Origin: Dendrobates tinctorius
Taxonomy: Eukaryota
Length of the DNA stretch: 64,000 bases
Assembly (NCBI RefSeq): GCF_039654945.1
Contig: NW_027361806.1
Location: 4,960,001 to 5,024,000 of the forward strand
Direction of reading: 5' to 3'
Shown: in pieces, positions 54,583 to 64,000 of the stretch
How positions within the stretch are numbered: position 1 is the first letter of the stretch
How the letters are laid out: each line of letters begins with the position of its first letter
Position numbers and translations under genes: made by a program
The notes under the pieces: model-generated
What the model saw: the letters and a program-made list of their open reading frames with translations, nothing else
Databases searched by the model: none
Told to the model about the DNA's origin: nothing

Positions 54583-55088
54583 TACACGCCCCCTGAGGAA
54601 GCGTTAACGAAACGTACGTCGGGGTTGGAAGGACGCTATCAGCACTGCAGCACTTTATGCACTTTTGAACACCACTGCACTTCTGAACTAATTAATTGAG
54701 GTAATATGCATTATAGTTGTTTGAAAGCACCTGTTTCTGTTAGGCAGTTGCATGGGAAATTTATATAGGAGAATTTTGCCTTTTCCCTACATATATGCTA
54801 TGTCGGAGTAGGTAGCTCGATCTTCATATATTAATTCATTTGTGATATGTTATACAGTAACAGTGGTGTTTTGCAATATGGTTCTTTTATTTTTATGCAT
54901 CATCCCAGTGCTTATACGTCCTTTTCTGTAGTTAGGCACCGTGTTTGTTAATTTTTGGAATAATTGGCTCATTTTATAAAAAGATATTTATGTCAATAAA
55001 GCATGATTTTTTAACGGACCTTTTGCTATTTGGTTCATTGGTGGTGTATTGGACTTTTTCATGTCTATAATTACACCGGTGGTTTTCT
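54583..55088 (+). mobile_element. Solo pseudo-LTR-like (Penelope/retrozyme-type) insertion headed by a hammerhead motif
   Basis: 16-bp TSD ATCTATTTTACCTCTA (54567-54582, 55089-55104); hammerhead at the 5' end; AATAAA near 54995. Confidence 0.78.
54588..54625 (+). ncRNA. Minimal type I hammerhead ribozyme motif
   Basis: GCCCC-CUGAGGA-AGCGUUAAC-GAAA-CGUACG-UC-GGGGU: both conserved core boxes, stem I GCCCC/GGGGU, palindromic stem III ACGUACGU, GUC cleavage triplet at 54618-54620. Stem II is weak. Confidence 0.75.
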
Positions 55089-55434
55089 ATCTATTTTACC
55101 TCTACCTGAACCAAGAGAAAGAGGCTGAGAAAAGACCTAAGATGCGCCTAGTAGACGAATGATGCCCTAATTTTCAAACCAAATTAATTATTCTTATCTC
55201 ACACTTAATTAAATTTGGAAAATAAATGTGAATAACATACATAACAAGTGGCGCCAAACATATTACGCATCACCTTAAAATGTTTGGCGCAATTTTCATG
55301 CAGCATAGGTTTGACTGTTCCAGTACCTAGAGTGCAGTATCTAAAATTTACCTAGAAGATGGTAGTGAATACATTATTTGGGGAGATACAGCGTGTCCCA
55401 AAGACAAGAGTGCAAAATAAACAATAGAAAAAGA

Positions 55435-56216
55435 GCTGAGACACGCCAAACAGTTTCAATTCCCGCTCCCTAGAAGGCGAATTTCTAAATACCCATTGAT
55501 AGGAGTATTATCAACTCAGGGACCCACAGGTGCGATATCCTCCCTATATACTTTACTGTTAAATTCCAGGATTGCATCCACTCAACTAGCTGTAGAAGGT
55601 AAATGGAAGCATTTAAGCCCCTCTATTACAGATGATCAATGGGATGATGTAATGGAAGCGCATATAGTGGTATCTCCAGCTGCAAACAATAAATTAATTC
55701 AATTGTATATTCCTCATCAATCCTATTTAACCCCAAGTAGACTATATAAATTTGGCAGAAGAGCAACTGATGAATGTCACAGGTGTGGGGATGGAGGTGC
55801 GGATTTCTGGCATCTTATTTGGAACTGTAGAATTATAAAAAGATATTGGAATGATGTGATAGCTACTTTGGAACAGATAATTGGAATACCGATTGAATGT
55901 CGCCCAGAGCTCTGTATTTTGGGTGTAGTGGATGAGGAAAGATGGACTCATTATGATAGAAAATTTCTCCGGGAAGTTCTCTTTATGGCCGGAAAGACGA
56001 TAGCATTGAGATGGATGGGGCGGGAAATCTCCTTCAATTCGGCAGTGGAAAAAGTTAGTGAACGATGTGATTCCATATGAAAATATATTATATACTGTAG
56101 GCATAGAGGATGCCCCCAAAAATTTCACAGGATTTGGGAAAAATGGTGCGACTCACCCAATGTCATATGCTTGTTGTATAAATCTGTGGAATCTTTCAAT
56201 AAAAAGAGTTAAAAAA
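55435..56216 (+). mobile_element. L1 LINE 3' fragment
   Basis: ORF 55496..56080 has YLTPSRL and the zinc-binding motif CHRCGDGGADFWHLIWNC. AATAAA plus A tail. 16-bp TSD with one mismatch, AAACA(A/T)TAGAAAAAGA (55419-55434, 56217-56232). Confidence 0.88.
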
Positions 56217-56242
56217 AAACATTAGAAAAAGAATTTACTTAC

Positions 56243-56335
56243 TTTGGAAAGATGGCAGCCATCATTGCAGATGCGTATCCCGGCTTGCAGACGCCCTCGG
56301 AGAAGTTTGCATACTTGGTTGCAAGTTCTGCTGAT
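56243..56335 (-). CDS. ST3GAL3: ST3GAL3 internal coding exon (93 nt, stem region)
   Basis: Minus strand reads ttttctcttttAG|A TCA GCA GAA ... TTT CCA AA|GTAAGT. Translation SAELATKYANFSEGVCKPGYASAMMAAIFP matches the vertebrate ST3Gal III segment (P)AELATKYANFSEGACKPGYASALMTAIFP recalled from memory. Canonical splice sites, phase 2/2. Confidence 0.96.
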
Positions 56336-56859
56336 CTAAAAGAGAAAAAAAAAATCAAACTATTACAAAAAGTTTAAATCTTTGCCCAACTTTTAACACC
56401 ATTTTACAGTTAATAAAATCATTATAATTAATGAAGATGCATTGTAAATACATTATTTGTCCTGTTACCAATGCGGAGGTATTACAAGAGCTTGAATCCA
56501 AGTTCCGGTCACATTTTAATATTCTACAATCTATTAAAGCAAGAAGTTGATGTTGGATTTCTAAAGGTGAAATCCACTAATGTCAGGCATTATGGTGTTG
56601 AAGTTATCACAGATTTATAAATATACATAATTATGTTATGTTCCTCTGATACGTCTCTTCTCTCTAACTTTAAATGGAGCAGGATGAATCACTGGAAGAC
56701 GCAATTTTGGAAAGAACTGTTTCCATTCATTGATGTAACAGTGTTATATTTCAAGAATCCTAATCTATGGTTGCACAACTGGAGCCATGTACAAAAATTG
56801 CACATGCAGATCAGTTTTGCATATACAGCCACTACTGGACTATTTTATTTTCTTAATAC

Positions 56860-57193
56860 GGCCCTAAGAAAGAAAATGCATGTTTTTGTTACCTACCTGC
56901 ATGTTCTGCCAGCTAAGAGAGGTCACAGACCGCCCCTGCCGGCGATTCTGCTCTGCTTTGTTGACAGGATGGAGCGTGACTGTTGATGTCATGATTATTG
57001 ACAGCCGGCTCCCAGCTGCCTCACTGCGGGAGCCAGATGTCAATCAGTATGACGTGGGATGTCTTGCCCCCATGACAGATCAGCCACAAAGAAAGAAGCA
57101 AAAATAAGCAGCAGGCAGGTAGGTAGAAACTAGAAGCATGTTCGTTCTTAGGCCCAAAGTAAAAAAAAACTATAGTCCCGAATATCCCCTTTA
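56860..57193. mobile_element. Partial T2-type MITE
   Basis: Shares GGTCACAGACCGC..CTGCCGGCGATTC with 29727-30183; ends CCCCT|TTAA. Confidence 0.5.
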
Positions 57194-57368
57194 AAGGGAA
57201 GGTAGACATTTATTTGGCCCATTGTCTTAGCTGAACCTGAAAAATTATGTCTATGGCCCGAGTCTATGAAGCTGCAGATATGAAGGAGTTAAAGGACAGT
57301 TAAGAAAAGACGACGTCAATCCAGATGTAAACTGAATAGATGGAAATTATGATATTGAAACATGGTTG

Positions 57369-60299
57369 GACTTGGAAGCAACTTTAACTAAATTTGGTTT
57401 TAGCCAAGGATTCCTGTCATCGGTCTTTGCGTTATACTCTGCTCCCAGCGCCAGAATTTATGCCAATAATCGCCTCTCAAACCCGTTCCCCATTTCGAAC
57501 GGAACAAGACAGGGGTGCCCCCTGTCACCCCTGCTCTTTGTATTAGTGATAGCGCCACTGGCGGAAAAGATCAGATCTAATAAAAATATTGCAAGATTTG
57601 ATCTCCCCTCCCGTTATTTTAAAATAGGGCTATTTGCTGACGACCTCTTTTTGACCCTACTGAACCCCTTGAATTCCATCAGAGCACTTGCTGCAGACCT
57701 GGAAATGTTTCCAAGGGCCTCCTATTTCAAAATTAACTCTCACAAGTCAAAATTCTTGACCCTCAACATGACAAAAACGGAAATCAAATAGCTAAAGAGA
57801 AGTACTGAATTTGCCTGGAAAGAAACAGGGATAGTCTATCTTGGGATCACTTTGGCTAGTTCTATCCTAGCAACTGTCAAAGGAAACCTAAATGTGATCC
57901 TTACAACTGTCTCTCAGGCCATTTCCTTTTTCAGGCAAACTGAACTCTCTATGTTTGGTAGGGTGATGGTTGTGAAATCCATCATTCTGCCCAAAATTAT
58001 CTATTTTTTTCGTGCGCTACCGATCACTCTTCCATTTCAATCCATACAAAATTTACAAAGCCTACTAAAATCATTTGTGTGGAACAACAGGAGGCCTAGG
58101 GTGTCGTCAGAAATTTTATATAAGCATAAAAGCAGAGGAGGTACGAGCTTGCCTAATCTGCATGCATACTATTTGGCCTTATTAATTAAGCAGAGCTGGT
58201 ATTGGCTCAATAACAAACAGAAACCTCCAGCTTGGTTTTGCCTGGAGAGAGACGTAAGTAAATTTAACTCTCTACAAGACTTACTTTTCTACTTCATGTT
58301 TCGTTAGCCACGAAGGATATCTTCTCACCCTATTTTCAGTCCCATCATTTCTGCATGGAGATCATTGATCAAACCATATAAGAAATTTAACAAAGTCGAA
58401 CAGGCCTTGAGGTTTCCACTTTGTGTAGTGGCCTTAATATTTAACTTCCCTCTCTCAGAAATCTGGAGTAATTTAGGTATAAAAAAAAGTAAAAAATATA
58501 CATGATGGGTCTAATTTTCTTACATTCAGTGAACTAAAAATCAAATATAATATCCCCTCCTCTGAATTTATACCCTACTTAATGCTGAAAGATAAGGTAC
58601 AAAAAATTCTAATAGGTAAATCTTTTAACTATGAAATTGTGTCTTCACTGCTGTGCAATCTTACTAATAAAAATACATGGGGTTTAAGGAATATATATTC
58701 CTCTTTCAATAGGGAGGAACTCTCTTGCAAGAACATATATTTAAGGAGATGGGAATCCGACCTTGGGACTGTTGACTCGGTTGAGTAGTGGGACATCGCC
58801 ATAAAAAATACGTATAAATCTGCCATATCGATGACTCTTCACGAGTCTTATTTCAAACTACTTAACAGGTGGTATCTCACGCCTATCAGACTCTCCCACA
58901 TTAACCAGGACCACTCCCCCCTTTGTTGGAGAGGTTGCGGACAACAGGGGAATCTTTACTACATCTTTTGGTGTTGCCGAAACTAAAACGTCTGTGGCTC
59001 CCGGTTTCTCGTCGTATTGACTCCTTTACAGGAAACTTCACTTTGACTCCCCAAAAAGCATTGCTTTCATAGAATCGTAGAGTTGGAAGGGACCTCCTGG
59101 GTCATCTGGTCCAACCCCCTGCTCAAAGCAGGATTCGCTAAATCATCCCAGTCAGATGTCTGTCCAGCCTCTGTTTGAAGACTTCCATTGAAGGAGAACT
59201 CACCACTTCTCGTGGCAGCTTGTTCCACTCACTGATCACTCTAACTGTCAAAAAGTTTTTTCTAATATCTAATCTGTGTCTCCTCCCATTCAGTTTCATC
59301 CCATTGCTTCTAGTCTTTCCTTGTGCAAATGAGAATAAAGTTGATCCTTCTACAATGTGACAGCCCTTTAGATATTTGTAGACAGCTATTAAGTCTCCTC
59401 TCAGTCTTCTCTTTTGCAAACTAAACAATCCCAAATCCTGCAACCTTTCCTCATAAGACAGGGTTTGCAGACCGGTCACCATTCTGGTCGCTCTTCTCTG
59501 AACTTGCTCTAGTTTGTTGATGTCTTTTTTAAAATGTGGTGCCCAAAACTGGACACAATATTCCAGATGAGGTCTGACCAAAGAGGAGTAGAGGGAAATA
59601 ATGACTTCACGTGATCTAGACTGTATGCTTCAGTTAATACATCCTAGAATTGCATTTGCCTTTTTTGCTGCTGCATCACACTGTTGACTCATATTCAGTC
59701 TGTGATCTATTAGTATACCCAAGTCTTTTTCACATGTGCTGTTGCTTAGCCCTATTCCTCCCATTCTGTATATGCTTTTTTCATTTTTATTATTATTTTC
59801 TTTGGACTTGGATCAATTGCATCTGTCGGTGAGACAGGTAGTTATACACATCCTTTTGGTCGTTAAAAATAACTTGGCTTTCTTTTGGAAGAAACCTGAC
59901 CCCCCAAAATTTTCAGACATCCTACACATAATCTACCAACATAATGCTATCGAATGGAGGTACGCAGTCAGTAATAATAATATTCTCGCCTACACTAATA
60001 AGTGGAAGGTCTGGAACAGTAAATTTAGACGAGTTTAAATTTCTTTCAAGCACCTCCTTAAGTGGTTGGACTAGACCGCCCTCATGCATCTCCTCTTTAA
60101 AGGTTTAGTATTATTGTAACCTCTTAGTGGTATAAGTATATTGTATACTTAAGGTATGCTTTGTTACAAGGATTCTCTATTTTTTTATGACCCTCACCCA
60201 TCCTATGTACATATACCCTTCTCCCTCCCCCTTCCCTTTCCTGTTCTGTTCCCCCTCCTCCCAGTTTTATGAAAAAACTTCAATAAAAATATTTAAAAA
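57369..60299 (+). mobile_element. L1 LINE, 5'-truncated and disrupted
   Basis: RT motifs GTRQGCPLSPLLF and LFADD, zinc-binding CWRGC...FWCC near 58925, C-rich 3' UTR and AATAAA at 60282. 12-bp TSD GAAACATGGTTG (57357-57368, 60300-60311). Confidence 0.93.
59067..59791 (-). mobile_element. CR1 3' fragment nested in the L1
   Basis: ORF 59138..59581 [18 protein letters not shown]; nearly identical to the 3' part of 4640-5920. L1 sequence resumes at TTTCTTTGGAC. Confidence 0.95.
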
Positions 60300-62859
60300 G
60301 AAACATGGTTGAAATCCCCTAAATCCAATAGTGAGGAGATTATAGCATTTGAATTTCTGGAATTCAACATTTAACCCCATACATCTATGAAAAAGCAGCA
60401 GCATTACATTCTTTAGATGTCAATCTCGCACATGAAACAAGATGGTGAACGCCGATTACAGGACAACGTATCTCCATCTTCCCTGAAAGGAAGTTAATTG
60501 CAGGTCAGTGGGTGGTTCCACACAACTTGTGACGGCGGACACACGTTACACGTTTTCCTTGTTTTTAACAGATAGAACCTCGGTCATCATTTGTCTAATA
60601 TTCCGCAAGGAAGATACTTTGCAACCAGGAAATGTCTCCCCATCCACGCATCTTTTTAAGAGTGTCAGATAAGAATATTCTGATAAAGACTGAATTTCTA
60701 CTTGTCCAGTGGTCACATACGAGGGTCTTGTAGAGGTTATAGTGATGCTTGGATTCCTCGATTTTCTCCGGGTTTCTGTTCATCTGTAGCTTTTTTTTCA
60801 GAGATTCACAGCTAAACATTGCCAATATATTTAGCAGCAGCAAAATAGTTACTGGATAAGTTTTCATCTATAAAAATATTAATTGAAACCATAAGAAATA
60901 ATTAAATTTATTACAAAAAAGATTTAATAGGACTTTGATGACGGGTGGGTCCTTTACTAAGCCAAACAAAAGTTGTTCTGGAATCAAAGAGAGTGGAATA
61001 ATTCCTTACAGATTCTGGTCCATGTTGACACGACAACATCACTCGGTTTATGCAAATATATCAGATGCACGTTCATATTAAAGGGACCATGTCAGCACAA
61101 AATGGCTGCTTGTACCAAACCCAGGCGACTGGTGCACCATGGACGGGGTGGTTCGGTTCCGTACACCTTGCCATCTACTTGTTTTCTGTTATGTCCGCCT
61201 TCCTCTTTCTTGATTGACAGCTGCGGCTTTCCAAGGACCAGAAGAAAATGCTGGTTCTAGGAGACTTTCTTCTGACTTAGACTGATTGTGACCACTGAAA
61301 TGTTGACCTGAAGAAGCCAGGAGACCACAGGGACACACCGCCGGAAGTATGGAGGAGCGTCAGGGGTACAGATGGGATAGATATATTTTTTTTCCAAAGA
61401 TCACCATTGGGTTATTTGTAAAATAACTATCTGTACTAGATAACTCCTTCAAAAATGTAACTGAGATTAGTTGACTGTCCAAGCATGGATGGTTCCAAGC
61501 TCATAGTCACCTTCTTGAAATCAGTTGACAATTGTGGGTCGTTGTTACATGACGAGTTATTTTACTGTTATTACAAAACCTCCCAATACCATCAGAAATA
61601 CTGAAATTCAGATCAGGTTGTAACATGATGTAAGAAAGCATTCCTCCCATATTTTAACCATCAGCCTGAACCGATGTCACAAGACTTGATGGTACTATGT
61701 GGATTACACTGATCTCTGACACTTACGTCTGCATTGTAACAGTTGTAGCTTGCAGTCTTAGGTATGAAGTGCTGACTGCTCAGAGCTGCTCTTCTTTAGG
61801 CCATTGCTGTTGCTTCTGGTTATTAGACTTTCTTTCATCTACTTGAACTAATCAGACTATTCTCTGACCTCTCTCAATAACAAGACAATTCACATACTGA
61901 GCTTGAATTCCCCCTTTTTTTTTTTTAAAGGCGTTTTGATTAGTCTGTACTGCCCCACATACACAGTCATTGCAGAAATCTCTTATTCTTCTACGCCGTC
62001 TGAAAAGCAGCTGAACCTTTTGAATGTGCAGCTTTTAGGTTGCTAATATTTGTTTTTTGGGTTTTTTTTTTCTAATTAATTTTTTCCCGCAAATGTCCGC
62101 ACCAAATCACGCAATGACAAATCGTACTTTTCGCTGCAATTTTCCTTTTGATTAGAGCATTTGTTAGAGTTGTTATTCCACACTTAAAAACACAATTGTT
62201 CTTTTGCATGCCCTTTTCAGGCTCCCCATAGTAGTCTTTGGAGAAAAGATGCATGAAAACCGTAAGTTGGGCAGGGTCTTTTCATGCACAGAGGGCATGA
62301 TTTTTCTGGAAAATCTGTTGCGCTTTGAAAAGTGGTATTATGTTCCTAAGTATTGTGTTGCTGCCATCTGATCTGATATTTACATTAAATCAGCAGTTAC
62401 AGTGGTGGGTCTAATGCCATCCAGATATTTAACCTGATAAGGTCCAAATGAGGTTAAAATTAACGCCCTTGGTCCTGGCTTTAATTCCACACCATTATAC
62501 ATTTTTGGCACAGGATTAATGCTACTGCAACCACATGCAGAAACCCTTGGGAGAAAGCGTAAGCTGCTTATTACCTCTTCTGCCCTTCCTTCCCTCGCCT
62601 CCTTTCCTCTGTAGATGACCCAGTGACCCAGATCAGCTTTGCCAGTGACTTATGACACAGCAGTGGGCTGTATTCCCCTGTAACTTGGGCTCTAATGGAT
62701 GCCACAGTTACAGTGAGGAAAATGCAAAATAAAGTAATTTATGTCTCCTAGAGCTCTAATTATGTAAAATAGAAAAAATGTCAGTGTGTGTCTAATATTG
62801 ATACCAAAATATGGATAAACATGTTAATGATATCCAAATGAATCCATCTTGATTTGTTC

Positions 62860-63720
62860 AGTACCACGTATGAGTGCTACATGCAGAAATACACATCTTA
62901 AACACCTTGGCTGCTCTGAGTGACACTATTAATGGTTGACTCATCTGAGAGGTTTTGCTGCACTGAATTCACTTGGTCAAATAATCAAGATCCGCTGCTG
63001 GCAGCTCCCTTTGCAGCTGCCGAACAATGACATCACATACGTGCTCAATGGGAGCAAAATCTAGAGACGCTGCAGACCATGGTAGCACGTTTAGGCCTTG
63101 CAAGCTGCTCATAGTAGCTCAAGCAACAAGCAGCCTATGATGTAAAGCTGATAGTGCACTGGAATGAAGACTAGATGGGTCCAGCTACATTACATTATGC
63201 CACCCCACACCATAATCATGAAAGTAAGACCAGTATGATGTTACCTTGTGAAGGCCAATTCATGGTATTGCCCATGTGGTCTCTAGACAAATCTCCAGCT
63301 ATCTCTAAATCCAAGACAAAAGTGGGACTCATCGCTGAAGAGCATAGATCTCCATTGCTGTTTTGCTATGTACCATGAGAGCCTTTGAAAGTGGAGGCGT
63401 GAAGTCAGTGGAACACCACTAGCTGGACACCTGGCTCTTAGCCCAATGTTGTGCAAACACTTTCTGATTTTTTTGTGGACACTGATGCCTTAGGGTTGGT
63501 ATGTGACATCAAATCTCACTTTCAGTACAGAATGGATCACTATGTACCCATTCTTCTAATCTGACTATCGCTCCTTGCAGAGGTTCTCCTTTGTGCACCT
63601 TTTCTTCAATTATTCTCCCAACTACAGGGACACGCAATGTTGAACAGTGCTGACATCTCAACTTTCACATGTTGCAATCTGCCAGAGTGATAAACCAAGT
63701 TCTCTCAATGATTCTGTAGT
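62860..63720 (-). mobile_element. Old decayed Tc1-like transposase
   Basis: Minus-strand remnants WRSMLFSDESHF (~63335) and VLPWSAASLDFAPIEHV (~63060) correspond to the DDE motifs. Confidence 0.7.
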
Positions 63721-64000
63721 TTTCAATTTGCAACAAGTGGCCCATCGATGAGCAAGAAGTAACGCACAATTATCCCACAAGGCTTGACCTTGTTTCTGAC
63801 TTTTCATGTGGCTAAAAAAAATTTGCTTTTAGCCTGGCTTTTATGACCCTCCAACATGCCACAGATTGGAGCTAGGTGCTTAAAATTTGGTAATTTGCTG
63901 ATTTTATCAACATCTGCTATTTCCTTGATTTGCGTAAACTTAAAGCTTGTCCTTGTTGTTACAAGTACACTGTTCAGGAGTGTATATGAATATATTTATG

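Noticed and set aside
56336-64000. Search for the preceding short ST3GAL3 exon (YDRLGFLL.LDSK-like)
   Set aside because: No match with valid splice sites found; it probably lies beyond the window.

Overview
Eukaryotic, repeat-rich vertebrate DNA. The repeat repertoire (TTAA-flanked T2-type MITEs, Harbinger MITEs, CR1, L1, L2, V-SINE, Tc1, Gypsy-type solo LTRs) points to a frog genome; this is inference. The window lies inside a minus-strand ST3GAL3 (beta-galactoside alpha-2,3-sialyltransferase 3) gene. Two coding exons are visible, 56243-56335 (93 nt) and 10253-10347 (95 nt), which splice in frame across a ~45.9 kb intron. The rest is intronic: two full-length Tc1 elements (one a single stop codon from intact), three CR1 and two L1 5'-truncated copies, RTE/L2/V-SINE fragments, hAT/Harbinger/Kolobok-type MITEs, solo LTRs and five tandem arrays (32, 54, 35, 86 and 29 bp units). 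The most unusual signal is a cluster at 50.2-55.1 kb of four 0.3-0.5 kb non-coding insertions, each with a 13-16 bp target-site duplication. Three are fold-back palindromes and three carry minimal hammerhead-ribozyme motifs, consistent with non-autonomous Penelope-like/retrozyme-type elements. All calls were made by eye; no database search was run.
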